Assembly: GCA_041686735.1 (NCBI GenBank)
Contig: JAWLDF010000005.1
Location: 837-64,836, forward strand
Source of the DNA: Bacilli bacterium
GTDB taxonomy: Bacteria > Bacillota > Bacilli > JACDOE01
DNA: 64,000 nt
Reading direction: 5' to 3'
Below are positions 32,310 through 42,479 of the stretch, piece after piece. A model generated the notes under the pieces. It did no database searches and was not told the DNA's origin. It saw only the letters and a list, made by a program, of their open reading frames with translations. Position numbers and translations under genes: made by a program. Every line of letters begins with the position of its first letter. Positions within the stretch are counted from its first letter, which is position 1.

Positions 32310-34610
32310 TTAGTAAAGTATGTTCTGAAGCTGACCCCGTTTATTCATATAACGGATCAGAACAATCGCTGCTTCCGCTCTGGTCAGGGAGTCGTCGGGA
32401 CGAAACTGCTGATTGTACCCGTTCATGATCTCAAGGATATTCACAATCGCCACAGAACCCCGATCCGTGATTTGGTTGCTGTCTGTAAAAGGAAGATGAT
32501 AATAATCATCCTTTTCGACCAGCGCCTGTAATCCAAGGGCGTTTACAATCCAGGTCGCCGCCTGCTGTCTGGTTATATCCCCGTCGGGATTAAATTGGTT
32601 ACCCTCATCGATGATTTTGTTTTCCAGGGCCCAGTTTATAGCGGCAAAATATTTATGGTCTGTGTTTACATCATCGAAAGAAGGTTCAATTTTCTGATCC
32701 AATCTATAATATTCAAGACCCCTTCCGACCACGTAAGCAAGCATATTTAAAAATTCGGCTCTGCTAACCACCCGGTCCGGATAAATCTTGCCATCTTCGG
32801 CTTCCTTAAGAGCTCCCAGTTTCATGAGATAATTCATTTCAGTCTTTGCCCAGTGTCCTTCAAGATCCTCCGGCAATTGGGGATCCTGTGCGGACACAGG
32901 TTTGCCATCCCGCATGTTAATTAACTCTCCGTTGAATGCATCGATATAGTATGAAACATTTTGAACCGGTATAAAGCTGTAGACAAGATAAGCGTCTACG
33001 GTTTCACCCTGTCGGCGTTTTTGGTAAAAATCTCTGCCGAAAGAACGGTATTCCAATTGAAAATGACCGCTGTTTAAGTAGATCTCTTTTGCCTCATCTG
33101 CAGAAATCGTCCCTTCCACTTCAGGCAAAGAAGCATTCCAGTCCCAGTTTTCATCAAATCCGATGACATCACCGTTTTCTTTGAGAACGGATACTCTGAC
33201 ATAATGGGGTTCAACCTGAATCCCGTTAACAACCCTTGCAAAATGAAATGAATACAGCCGGGAATTATCGGTAAGTACAGGCTGCTGATTATACTGAATC
33301 AGTGCCAGTTGGTGCACTTTGTCGCCACTCTGTTCTTTTACATAATCAAGGGCAATTTCTTTAGCCTCTTCAATGGAAATTCCTTTCCCTTCGTCAGTCA
33401 CGTCCTTTTCGCCTTGAACAATACGATCTATGTTCATATAATAGGTGTCCAGGTTAAAACGAATGATTCTCCCCGTATGTGCATCAACTATCGCACCGTC
33501 CCATCCGAATCCACCATGATCATACTGGTATTCAAACTGAATGTTCCAGGTCGGTGATCCATTCGGATTATTTTGAACATATCGGACAGCGGAGATTTGG
33601 ATTTCATCAGGAATATCAGCAAATTTCTCGACAATTTCCAATGCTTCTTCTTCCGTCACAGGCTTCTCAAGTGGTTTCGATGGTTCATTAAGCGGTTCTT
33701 CAGCAAGTGTTTCCATACTTTCATGCTGATAAACAACTTCATTTCCCTCATAATCAATCGGGACCAATTCTTCCGCATCCCACTGACCGAAATGAGCAGG
33801 TTGATACGCAACGACAATTTCCGGCTTCTCTTGTTCACCGGCTCCAAAATAAAAATACTTTTTATACCGGTACACTTTCTTCATGAACAAGTTTTCACGG
33901 GCGAATTTTTCCATTTCATCTTGAGATTTGACCCCGTCCGCAGATTCAAACCTGATTCTGTCATACATGTTTGCATACAGGGATGTAATATTTCCGTTTC
34001 CATCAACGGATACACTTACACTGTTTTGCGAGTAAGGGATTCCGTTTATCACGCTTTGAAAAATAATGTGATAAGAATCCTGCGGATTACGTATTACCTG
34101 TCCTTCATTCCACGGTTGTTCACGGTATTCGAGGTGAAAGTCTTTTTCCCCGTAGATCCGGTTGACAAAATCCCGGGCAATTTTTACAGCATCATCATAA
34201 CTTGTCTCAGGGGGAATGGATACATTTTTATTTCTTTCATCATCATATTGGTGATAATTCAAAACGAACCCCGTATTCGCATCAATCGAAATGTTAATGG
34301 ATCCGTGACTCGGACTGTCCTTTGTCCACCTCAAACTCCAGATGATTCCTCCTTCATAGTCGGAGGTTTCCCGGGAAATGTGAGGTCCTTCATATCCTTC
34401 GGGGATAGTAAAATATTTCTCTGCAATTTTTTGTGCTTCTTCTCTGGTGATTTTTGTCTCGGTCTCTTGTAATGTGTTTTGATCAACGGCTGTTATGCTT
34501 TCACTGTAAACTTCAGCACCATTCGTTTCGGCCAGTGCCGGAACGTTTGAAATTGAAGTTAAAACAAGTACGCCACCAAGTAAGGTATGTATGGTTCTTT
34601 TTCTCCACAT
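32310..34610 (-). CDS. Secreted YcdB/YcdC-like (PepSY-type repeats) protein with C-terminal S-layer homology domains
   Basis: Signal peptide; repeated IDANTG/VDAHTG/IDAFNG motifs; SLH motifs HWAK, ITRQQAA and LTRAEAA. Confidence 0.82.
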   Translation of the reverse strand: MWRKRTIHTLLGGVLVLTSISNVPALAETNGAEVYSESITAVDQNTLQETETKITREEAQKIAEKYFTIPEGYEGPHISRETSDYEGGIIWSLRWTKDSPSHGSINISIDANTGFVLNYHQYDDERNKNVSIPPETSYDDAVKIARDFVNRIYGEKDFHLEYREQPWNEGQVIRNPQDSYHIIFQSVINGIPYSQNSVSVSVDGNGNITSLYANMYDRIRFESADGVKSQDEMEKFARENLFMKKVYRYKKYFYFGAGEQEKPEIVVAYQPAHFGQWDAEELVPIDYEGNEVVYQHESMETLAEEPLNEPSKPLEKPVTEEEALEIVEKFADIPDEIQISAVRYVQNNPNGSPTWNIQFEYQYDHGGFGWDGAIVDAHTGRIIRFNLDTYYMNIDRIVQGEKDVTDEGKGISIEEAKEIALDYVKEQSGDKVHQLALIQYNQQPVLTDNSRLYSFHFARVVNGIQVEPHYVRVSVLKENGDVIGFDENWDWNASLPEVEGTISADEAKEIYLNSGHFQLEYRSFGRDFYQKRRQGETVDAYLVYSFIPVQNVSYYIDAFNGELINMRDGKPVSAQDPQLPEDLEGHWAKTEMNYLMKLGALKEAEDGKIYPDRVVSRAEFLNMLAYVVGRGLEYYRLDQKIEPSFDDVNTDHKYFAAINWALENKIIDEGNQFNPDGDITRQQAATWIVNALGLQALVEKDDYYHLPFTDSNQITDRGSVAIVNILEIMNGYNQQFRPDDSLTRAEAAIVLIRYMNKRGQLQNILY

Positions 34611-34681
34611 GTTAACAACCCCTCCCTTTCTTTTTTTTAACTTCGTTTCGGGCAATTGTAAAAATCTCCCGTCCAGTGATA

Positions 34682-34710
34682 TATACGAACAGGGAAAGGA
34701 AAAAGTTGCA
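34682..34710 (-). promoter_or_regulatory. Candidate ECF sigma promoter for the SLH-domain gene
   Basis: TGCAAC-17 nt-CGTATA, resembling SigW/SigX/SigM-type consensus. Confidence 0.5.
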
Positions 34711-34764
34711 TGATTTCTAGTGTTTATTTAACGACAATTATCATCAAGAAAAAAGGAACAAAAA

Positions 34765-34825
34765 AACTGACATTTCAACAGGGGATAAAATAATTTCTTT
34801 TATCTTCCCTCTTGAAATGTCAGTT
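34765..34825. terminator. Long imperfect hairpin downstream of the tRNA pair; probable terminator
   Basis: aactgacatttcaa ... ttgaaatgtcagtt 14-bp outer arms, followed by a T-run on the minus strand. Confidence 0.6.
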
Positions 34826-34852
34826 ATTCGGTCAGATGACGCGGTCGTAGTA

Positions 34853-34929
34853 TGGTGGGCCCACCAGGACTCGAACCTGGGACCGATCGGTTATGAGCCG
34901 ATTGCTCTGACCAACTGAGCTATGGGCCC
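34853..34929 (-). tRNA. tRNA-Ile2(CAT, lysidine-modified)
   Basis: GGGCCCATAGCTCAGTTGGTCAGAGCAATCGGCTCATAACCGATCGGTCCCAGGTTCGAGTCCTGGTGGGCCCACCA; CAT anticodon in an Ile2-type body (Ile2 vs Met is inferred). Confidence 0.85.
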
Positions 34930-35046
34930 TCAGTTACTCATTGGATCATATTCGGCGTAACACGCAAATATATAGGTTTCACCCTTCGGGTACCACTGAC
35001 GTTCTTGGCAACGAAGCTGATTCGACGTAGTGTTCGAAACAAATAT

Positions 35047-35122
<76 letters not shown>

Positions 35123-35154
35123 ACGATGTTAATGTGTTTTGTGCGACAAAGAAT

Positions 35155-35183
35155 AATATACAGGATTTTATTATAAATTGCAA
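35155..35183 (-). promoter_or_regulatory. SigmaA promoter of the tRNA-fMet/tRNA-Ile2 unit
   Basis: TTGCAA-17 nt-TATATT with an extended TG. Confidence 0.65.
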
Positions 35184-35263
35184 GAGGTTTTAGGCGACAA
35201 ATTCAGGAAAATATCACAACAAAGAGAAAACACTGGGCGAGAGGCGCTGTGAGTGTTGTCTTA

Positions 35264-35455
35264 TCACCACATATACCTGACACCATAACGCCCTTTTTTC
35301 GAACGAAATATTTCCACATAACGGGGGCTGTCGTATCCGATCACCCACCAGTCTTCAGAAATTCTGGCAACCAGACATTTCGCCTGAAATTTGGATTCGT
35401 ATAATTTACCCCAGTATATCCAGTTGTTGCTCTGTCTTTCTTCCTGTTCAAGCAT
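35264..35455 (-). CDS. Small hypothetical protein (63 aa, Trp/Tyr-rich)
   Basis: RBS GGAGGG upstream; fills the intergenic gap. Confidence 0.6.
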   Translation of the reverse strand: MLEQEERQSNNWIYWGKLYESKFQAKCLVARISEDWWVIGYDSPRYVEIFRSKKGRYGVRYMW

Positions 35456-35520
35456 GGAATAAATCCCTCCAAAAGCTGCTGTGCAAAAGTTATAATCGGA
35501 GCAACATTTCCAACTGAAGT

Positions 35521-36081
35521 TTAACCGGCCTGTTCCTTAGTTGCTGAAGTTTCCCGTGATTCTTCATCATCTCTCAGCCGGTGAGCCAAACGGCTGGCAG
35601 CAGAAGCCGCGATACTTGCAACAATATCATCCAGAAATGTGTGGATCGATTGACTGTTTTTTTCATTTAATTTCTGAATGATTCCCTTCTTTTCTTTGTC
35701 AAGATATCCAAAAGTGGTGACGGCGATACTTCCATATCCAAAAACTGACCCGAGAGCCAGGGTTTCATCACAACCAAACAATCCTTCATCCGTTTCCACG
35801 ATGGATTGCAGCGGCTGGGAAAGCATCCCCTTTTCTGCAAGCATGTCAAGTTCAATTCCTACCAGGATGGCGTGCTGTACTTCTCTTTTTTCCAGAACGG
35901 CTTCGACACTCTCTCTGCATAATGACATATCAAGATCGGGGTTATAGACCACCTGCAATTCATAAACAATTTTTGCGATCTCCTCTAGGGTAACACCCCG
36001 TTCTTTCAACCGATTGAGAGCACTTTCTTTAACGACTTGACTGTGAACCGGTTTCCTCATAAGCATCTCCTTCCCATACAT
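35521..36081 (-). CDS. Phosphatidylglycerophosphatase A family protein (YpjQ/YutG-like)
   Basis: DEGLFGCDETLA, YGSIAVTTFGYLDK and FLDDIVASIAA motifs; start may be slightly downstream. Confidence 0.85.
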   Translation of the reverse strand: MYGKEMLMRKPVHSQVVKESALNRLKERGVTLEEIAKIVYELQVVYNPDLDMSLCRESVEAVLEKREVQHAILVGIELDMLAEKGMLSQPLQSIVETDEGLFGCDETLALGSVFGYGSIAVTTFGYLDKEKKGIIQKLNEKNSQSIHTFLDDIVASIAASAASRLAHRLRDDEESRETSATKEQAG

Positions 36082-36329
36082 GACTGAAAACGAGAAAATG
36101 GTTATAAAAAGAGTTACTTTATCTTATCATAATCGTCCGACCTGTGACACAAAAAAATTTTGATAAAGAAATTCTGCCACCCTTAGTATATAATAAAAGA
36201 AAATTAAGAAAACGGTAAATATCCGGGCCAATAACGGGAAAAATTTCCGTCATTTAAATTTATATGATTCCAATTGCAGGTTTAGGTTGATTGTGAACGT
36301 GAGAAAATATACCATATAAAATACAGGGA

Positions 36330-36863
36330 GTGATGAAGTTGTATTATTGTGTTGTCATTTTCCCTTCTTCACCCGTTCAGGAGAAAGCAAATACATATCG
36401 CAAAAGATATGATTCACAATATGCTTTTATTCCACCTCACGTCAAACTTCTCAATCCTTTTCAATTATCATCCGGTCAACTCAATCACCTGACCGAAACG
36501 ATTCGCAGGATCGCAGGCAATACAGAACCATTTACCCTCCGTTTTCATAAAGTGGGTTCTTTTGCCCCGACAAACAATGTGATTTATTATGGAATTGAAA
36601 ACAAAGAACATCTGACAGCACTGCACCGGGAATTGACCGACAGGATCCCCGTTGCGGGTGATCCGTACACATACGTTCCGCATTTGACGATTGCCCAAGA
36701 ATTAACGGTAGCAGAGTTGAACGATGTCTACGGTCGTCTCAGAATGGTAAACGTCAATATGAGCAGTGATGTCAGACACATCCACTTATTACAGCGACCC
36801 GATCCAGACTCCGTATGGGAAATCGTTCAGTCTTTCCCTCTCGCAAATAAAGAAAGTGAGTGA
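36330..36863 (+). CDS. 2H phosphoesterase / 2'-5' RNA ligase family (YjcG-like)
   Basis: PPHVKL and VPHLTI HxT-type motifs; adjacent to a yjcF-like GNAT. Confidence 0.82.
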   Translation: MMKLYYCVVIFPSSPVQEKANTYRKRYDSQYAFIPPHVKLLNPFQLSSGQLNHLTETIRRIAGNTEPFTLRFHKVGSFAPTNNVIYYGIENKEHLTALHRELTDRIPVAGDPYTYVPHLTIAQELTVAELNDVYGRLRMVNVNMSSDVRHIHLLQRPDPDSVWEIVQSFPLANKESE

Positions 36864-36873
36864 GCAGCCAACC

Positions 36874-37353
36874 ATGAACACATTATCACACACCATCCAT
36901 TTCAAAATTGCGTCCAATGATCAGGAAAAATCTGACGCTTTTTTAGTCCGGCATAACGTTTTTGTTATAGAACAACAGGTTCCGCCCGAACTGGAAAAGG
37001 ATTCATTTGATGATCATCCCGACACGGTCCACCTCGTCGCCTACATCAACAATCAACCTGTTGCAGCAGCTCGTTTCAGACCCCTTCCGCTCTCATCTGA
37101 ATCGGATCAGGTTCTCACAGCCAAGGTTGAAAGGGTCGCCATGTTGAAAAAATTGAGAGGACACGGATACGGGGGGAAATTGATGCAATTTCTCGAAGCT
37201 GAAGCTGAAAAAAGAGGGGTCCGACAACTGAAACTTAACGCACAGCTTCACGCCAGACCCTTTTATGATCAACTCGGATATGAATCTTACGGAGACATTT
37301 TCATGGACGCCGGTATTGAACACATCGCCATGAAGAAAGAGTTGTTATCTTAA
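36874..37353 (+). CDS. GNAT acetyltransferase (YjcF/ElaA-like)
   Basis: RHNVFVIEQ, RGHGYGG, LNAQ and FMDAGIEH motifs; start moved to ATG 36874. Confidence 0.85.
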   Translation: MNTLSHTIHFKIASNDQEKSDAFLVRHNVFVIEQQVPPELEKDSFDDHPDTVHLVAYINNQPVAAARFRPLPLSSESDQVLTAKVERVAMLKKLRGHGYGGKLMQFLEAEAEKRGVRQLKLNAQLHARPFYDQLGYESYGDIFMDAGIEHIAMKKELLS

Positions 37354-38202
37354 CGATTTCCTTTTTAAATATGCCGCTCTTTCCTTCAAGAGCCGGACAG
37401 TATCCAGCGGTACCGTTTTCGATCCCAGATCACCATGGAAAACCTGACCGTTGCGCTCTCCGTGGAAATCAGATCCTGCTGTCATAATTAACCCATAATC
37501 CTTTGCCATTCGCTCAAACCATTTTTCTTCTTCTTCTCCGTGATCCGGGTGATAGATTTCAATTCCGTCAAGACCTCCCTGTATTAGTTGCCGAATAAGT
37601 TCCACATCATCGTATAATCCCGGATGAGCCAATACAGCAACTCCGCCTGCGTGATGAATCAGTTCAATCGCCTCCTGCGGCGAGATTCGGGGAGGGTTGA
37701 CATAGGCTTCCCCTTCTCTGCCCAGGTACTGGTCAAAGGCTTCCTGCAGGGAATCAACAATCCCTTTTTCCATTAACACTTCTGCTATGTGAGGACGACC
37801 GATGTTTTCACCATCTTTTTTTCTCGAATAAACTTCTTCCCACCTAATCTCAATACCCAGTTGTTGTAAACGATCGATCATCATATGGTTCCGCTTGTTT
37901 CGCGTGTTTCTCAATTCCTCCAATTGTTCGAGAAAACGGGATTGTTCGCCGTCAACATAGTATCCGAGAACGTGTACATCCCGATTGGCCGCAACCGTAC
38001 TGATTTCTATTCCCGGAACCACTTCAATACCTCCCAGCTTTTTAGCATGTAGCAGAGCGTCACGCCAGCCGGAAACGGTATCATGATCCGTTATGGCAAT
38101 TGCCGCAAGTCCTTTTTCCTTTGCCCGCTCCACCGTCTGTTGCGGGGAAAAAGTGCCGTCTGAGGCCGTCGTATGAGCATGCAAATCAGCCAGTTTATCC
38201 AT
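37345..38202 (-). CDS. PHP-domain metal-dependent phosphoesterase (TrpH/YciV-like)
   Basis: DLHAHTTASDG, ITDHD, PGIEIS and GSDFHG motifs. Confidence 0.88.
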   Translation of the reverse strand: MDKLADLHAHTTASDGTFSPQQTVERAKEKGLAAIAITDHDTVSGWRDALLHAKKLGGIEVVPGIEISTVAANRDVHVLGYYVDGEQSRFLEQLEELRNTRNKRNHMMIDRLQQLGIEIRWEEVYSRKKDGENIGRPHIAEVLMEKGIVDSLQEAFDQYLGREGEAYVNPPRISPQEAIELIHHAGGVAVLAHPGLYDDVELIRQLIQGGLDGIEIYHPDHGEEEEKWFERMAKDYGLIMTAGSDFHGERNGQVFHGDLGSKTVPLDTVRLLKERAAYLKRKSLR

Positions 38203-38308
38203 TTCAATCCCTCCAACCATTCTCGTTTGATTCCTTAAAACCCTTATTTTCATGTATGTGAGTTTTCCCCACCCGGGGTGAACCAGATAGACAATTTACC
38301 ATAGGAGG

Positions 38309-38686
38309 ATGATTATGCAGCTTACACTTAAATCTTTGTCAGGTTGTGTGAATTCCCTGTCACTTGTGGACCGCCTTTTTACCCAGCAGGGCTTTAAAAG
38401 AAGAGACCGAATGGGGCTCCCGTCTTATGACATGCGAATCGAAGATGCGGCGACAAATTGTGTTTATTTCCTCATTATTCCCCTCAAGTGGGAGGGAGAA
38501 AAACCATCATCCATCCCTAATGAATCGCAATATGAGCGAACAGTGCGCATCGGTAATCCTTATTTTGACCAAAAGAAAGATGGAATGCAGGTTCCGGTTT
38601 CTATCAAACGTGCAGCCGAACATAAACTGGCGGAAATTGCCGATTATTTGAAAACATCAACTCAGAAGAAAAGTCACTCAGGTTAA
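38309..38686 (+). CDS. Hypothetical protein, YugN-like
   Basis: RBS GGAGG; downstream terminator near 38705-38755; resemblance to YugN is from memory. Confidence 0.55.
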   Translation: MIMQLTLKSLSGCVNSLSLVDRLFTQQGFKRRDRMGLPSYDMRIEDAATNCVYFLIIPLKWEGEKPSSIPNESQYERTVRIGNPYFDQKKDGMQVPVSIKRAAEHKLAEIADYLKTSTQKKSHSG

Positions 38687-38776
38687 ACGCATCACTTGAC
38701 GTGAAGAAAAGGGCTCACAACTCCTTGGAAAACCGGGAGCGTGAGACCCTTTTTACATGTTAAAATCGGATGCAGT

Positions 38777-39553
38777 TTAATTTCCTAAAATATTGAATCC
38801 GGCATCTACATGAATTATCTCTCCTGTAATTCCGCGGGACAGATGACTCATTAAGAACATGGCCGTATCGCCCACCTCTTCCTGGTCGATAGTACGACGC
38901 AGAGGCGCTTTTTCTTCGATTTCTTTCAGTATGGAGTTGAAGTTTCGTACTCCTTTTGCTGCCAGGGTACGAATCGGTCCGGCCGAGATGGCGTTGACAC
39001 GAATGCCGTCTTTACCAAGATCATTGGCCAGATATTTCACATTGGCATCAAGAGCCGCTTTTGCCACACCCATCACATTATAATTGGGAACCACACGTTC
39101 TCCGCCCAGATAAGTCAGAGTAACAATGCTTCCCCCTTCTGTCATCAGCTTCCGTGCTTCACGGGCAACAGCAATCAGGGAATAAGCGCTGATATCCTGA
39201 GCAAGATGATAACCGTCACGGGACGTATCGATAAACTCCCCTTCCAGTTCTTCAGTTTTTGCAAATGCAATGCAGTGGGCCAGCCCATGAATGACCCCCA
39301 CCTTATTTTTTATCTCGGCGAATGCATTTACAATATCATTGTCACTTGTCACATCACAGGGAATAAGATGAACTTCGTTCTGATCGAGGGTAGAAGCCAG
39401 TTGTTCCACATTTTCTTTCAAACGATCCCCCTGGTAAGTAAAAATCAGGTTGGCTCCTTCACGGCTGAGGGACTGAGCAATGCCCCATGCAATGCTTCGT
39501 TTGTTGGCAACACCCATGATGACAATATTTTTTCCTTCCAGATATCGACTCAT
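38777..39553 (-). CDS. fabI: Enoyl-ACP reductase FabI
   Basis: GVANKRSIAWGI, YNVMGVAKAAL and AGPIRTLA motifs. Confidence 0.95.
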   Translation of the reverse strand: MSRYLEGKNIVIMGVANKRSIAWGIAQSLSREGANLIFTYQGDRLKENVEQLASTLDQNEVHLIPCDVTSDNDIVNAFAEIKNKVGVIHGLAHCIAFAKTEELEGEFIDTSRDGYHLAQDISAYSLIAVAREARKLMTEGGSIVTLTYLGGERVVPNYNVMGVAKAALDANVKYLANDLGKDGIRVNAISAGPIRTLAAKGVRNFNSILKEIEEKAPLRRTIDQEEVGDTAMFLMSHLSRGITGEIIHVDAGFNILGN

Positions 39554-39664
39554 ATGTACTTCCTCCCATTTATCCTGTATGTGCTTGATCTCATTCTCAG
39601 CACGATTATACCATTTCATCCCCAAAAAGAAAAATGCCATATCCCCTGATAGGAAATATGGTCA

Positions 39665-39826
39665 TTAATTTTCCCATTCCTGGTGCAGGCTTGTGATTTG
39701 ACCATCTTCTTTGTTAAGCTGATCGATCACGGGGTTATATACCGTGCCTGCCTCCGTCACCTGTGAGAGACCTCTGCTATCCCAATCCAGCGCAGTTGAC
39801 TGCCGCGACGCTTCCTGTTTTTTCAA
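39665..39826 (-). CDS. Unlisted 53-aa small protein (MKKQEASRQSTALDWDSRG...QEWEN)
   Basis: AGGAGG RBS, 8 nt spacer, TTG start; open frame to TAA; below the ORF-track size cut-off. Confidence 0.5.
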   Translation of the reverse strand: MKKQEASRQSTALDWDSRGLSQVTEAGTVYNPVIDQLNKEDGQITSLHQEWEN

Positions 39827-39976
39827 TTGTCATTCCTCCTGAAGGACTTGATATGATCATCATTGTCTCCCTCAGGGATTCATTTTATACAGAGTAAGGG
39901 TTGAACGGTGTATCAACTTCTCAAACTCTGACAAAGAAGGTCCCCCTCCAGACTGGTTGCTCACCGGAAACATATT

Positions 39977-40432
39977 TTACTCAAGCACATGAATGTAAGC
40001 AATCATCGGCCCGTGATTTTCAATTGTATTATGGACAAGGCAAATCATGGGATACACACCCGCCTCTTCGGCCACAAAACGTACGGTCGTTTCACCGCCC
40101 TTGGTGACTTCTCCGTTGACGTTCAATCCCTTAATGATGAAAGGATGGGCTTTGCCATGTACCCCGATAATTCGTAACGTTACCCGGTCCCCTTTGTTGA
40201 CGATGATGTTCCCCGGATTCCAGCGATAAACTTCCATTTCCTTTCCATTCTCAAGTGTGGTTTTATATTCCGTCGTAATTATATAAAATTCCTTTGTCTG
40301 TTGCGAAGATTTTTTCACACTGAATACGGGCATACCTTCATCGCCGCTCATCTGCCAGATAAAAAAAGCCAGGATCAAAATGAGAATGGCCCATCCGAAG
40401 TGTCGCGCCTTCCACACAAAAAATCTTGTCAA
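39977..40432 (-). CDS. Cupredoxin-domain membrane-anchored protein
   Basis: N-terminal TM segment; HPF and CLVH..H..M copper-type ligands. Confidence 0.75.
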   Translation of the reverse strand: MTRFFVWKARHFGWAILILILAFFIWQMSGDEGMPVFSVKKSSQQTKEFYIITTEYKTTLENGKEMEVYRWNPGNIIVNKGDRVTLRIIGVHGKAHPFIIKGLNVNGEVTKGGETTVRFVAEEAGVYPMICLVHNTIENHGPMIAYIHVLE

Positions 40433-40502
40433 GGCTTATCCCTCCTTTTTTACTAAGAAGTCTATGCCCTGACCGGAGGGATTATCCCATTTTTGACGTT
40501 CA

Positions 40503-41576
40503 TCACGTAAGCTCTTTTTCCTCCCGCGGCTTTTGTTCCAGTTGATTTTTTCCGCGATATAGACGGCTGTTCATATAGAAAAAACGAGACCGCCAGGAAG
40601 ACTGTTTCAGCAAGGCTCTGGAGATGCGCGAAACCATCGGTTGCCGCTCCACTTTGCCATCGGCGAGATATAGACCAACGAGGCCTTCCACAATCCGTTT
40701 ATGAAAAATCGGATTGGGCAATCGACGGGCTGCATCGTGTGCACGGTCTAAAATGTAGATGAGTCGCTCGATTGTTTCCTTTTCATCCTGATAGTATGAA
40801 ATGAAATTTAAATCGCCCCCGATCCGGTCCTCTTCAAGATCAACCAGATAATCCAATAAGATATGGAGACCGCAGATCCAGGGAAAATAGGATTCCATGG
40901 TTTGCTCCACTTCTTTTACAGGTATGTGTTTATACGTCGCCAGTTGAAACAGGATAAAAATCCCAAGGGTTGATCCGGTGGCAGCGGCAAATTCATTCCA
41001 GCGAATGTCCGAATATTTCCCGGAATAAGGCTGCCACCAGTTTTTCAGGCGAACCTCCCGCTCAAAAGGAATCACATGTTTGTGTACCTGTAAATCGGTA
41101 TACCAGCGTGCAAGTTGTAAAATCTGATCCTGAACATCATGGTAGCCGGGAAGACGGCCGATCATTTTTTGACAGGTTAAAACCAGTTGATTGAGATAGC
41201 CTTCTTCTTTCTCCTTTCGGTAAAGGTAATAGTCTCTTAAAGGTGCTCCCGGTGTCAGAGCATCGAGCATCGAAAGATGCAATTGCCTGAAGTCCTCCGG
41301 ATCCATCGATGTGCTGCGGTCACACAGATTATCGAGATAATCGCTGATCGTCTGATAAGCTACAATCAACGGAATGAGTGTTTCACGATACGTAAGGACC
41401 GGTACAGCATAAATCGCTCCACCCTCACAGTGAAATGTTTTATTATCGATACTCTGCAGAGCCTGCATGCGCAGTTCAGCATCGGGAATGTGGCCCGCTC
41501 TTTCCTTCCACATGTTCAATTCCCGTTGTACAATGGGGAATATTTTGCGATATATCCGGTAAGTAAAAAGCAACAA
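40503..41576 (-). CDS. Tetraprenyl-beta-curcumene synthase family protein (YtpB-like)
   Basis: KTFHCEGG, AYQTISDYLDNLCD, AAATGSTLG and LHILLDY motifs. Confidence 0.88.
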   Translation of the reverse strand: MLLFTYRIYRKIFPIVQRELNMWKERAGHIPDAELRMQALQSIDNKTFHCEGGAIYAVPVLTYRETLIPLIVAYQTISDYLDNLCDRSTSMDPEDFRQLHLSMLDALTPGAPLRDYYLYRKEKEEGYLNQLVLTCQKMIGRLPGYHDVQDQILQLARWYTDLQVHKHVIPFEREVRLKNWWQPYSGKYSDIRWNEFAAATGSTLGIFILFQLATYKHIPVKEVEQTMESYFPWICGLHILLDYLVDLEEDRIGGDLNFISYYQDEKETIERLIYILDRAHDAARRLPNPIFHKRIVEGLVGLYLADGKVERQPMVSRISRALLKQSSWRSRFFYMNSRLYRGKNQLEQKPREEKELT

Positions 41577-41736
41577 TGTTCATTTCACCTCAAATATTTG
41601 CCATACTATCATGATGACATTTTTTACCCTTCTTTAAAAGGGGTTTTACAATTAAAAAAGATTCCCCATGCCAATAAGGGGAATCTTTCAGGTATATTAT
41701 CAGGGAAAAAGAATCGGTCAGGTCCGGTGATTTGCT

Positions 41737-41925
41737 CTAATCAAGAATCAAAGGCAGCAGTAAAAATGGGAGCAGCAGGCCCAAATTCCTACCATAATCA
41801 AAATCATGATATCCGTAAGCATCCGGTCCGCCAAACGGGTAATGATAGTATCCGTAACCCGGTCCATAAAAACCGCCCGGATAATGGTACGGGTTTACGC
41901 CATAAGGGTATAATTGTCGTTCCAC
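41737..41925 (-). CDS. Small Tyr/Gly/Pro-rich protein, probably spore-associated
   Basis: YPGGFYGPGYGYY low complexity with a hydrophobic C-terminus; directly follows the LysM gene. Confidence 0.55.
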   Translation of the reverse strand: MERQLYPYGVNPYHYPGGFYGPGYGYYHYPFGGPDAYGYHDFDYGRNLGLLLPFLLLPLILD

Positions 41926-41927
41926 GA

Positions 41928-42308
41928 TTATGTCAACCTCCCTGAAGATGATGATGAATCATCGTAATAGGAATCATGCGGTGACTCCATCATTTCATAC
42001 ATACCATAATATTGTGGCGGCGCCACATGCTGAGGCATCATCGGCTGAGGCATCATCGGCTGGGTCATCTGAATCTGGGTCAAGTAATACATCTGCAACA
42101 CCTGTGGCAAATAAGGCACGATACACTTCGGCTCCTTCGGGTATTCCTTGTGATCCGTACCGATCGGGATATAAAGCAATTGACCCGGAAAAATGAGATT
42201 GGGGTTTGGAATATGAGGGTTGGCGCGAATAAGATCCTGTAAACCAACGCCGAACCTTTGCGCCAGCTTATACATGGTGTCCCCTGATTTTACTCTATAA
42301 GCGACCAT
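41928..42308 (-). CDS. LysM-domain spore coat assembly protein (SafA/ExsA-like, short)
   Basis: YRVKSGDTMYKLAQRFGV...NPNLIFPGQ LysM domain; Pro/Gln/Met-rich tail with a 15-bp tandem duplication (QPMMP twice). Confidence 0.8.
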   Translation of the reverse strand: MVAYRVKSGDTMYKLAQRFGVGLQDLIRANPHIPNPNLIFPGQLLYIPIGTDHKEYPKEPKCIVPYLPQVLQMYYLTQIQMTQPMMPQPMMPQHVAPPQYYGMYEMMESPHDSYYDDSSSSSGRLT

Positions 42309-42479
42309 GTGAAGTTCCTCCTTTTTTAAGTGATTTCAATTTAAAATATGATTCGTATGGGCTGGGCGTTTATCATTTAGGCTCGTTCAAGCGCCCAATT
42401 TATAGATGCAGTGAAAGTTATATCCTCTGAGGGATAGGGAATAATCAATAGAGAACGAATAAAGGCAGGTGAATAGTCA

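Noticed and set aside
41277-41945. 222-aa plus-strand ORF and similar long antisense ORFs (e.g. 9957-10622, 33573-34472)
   Set aside because: They overlap well-supported genes on the opposite strand and lack RBSs or recognisable motifs.
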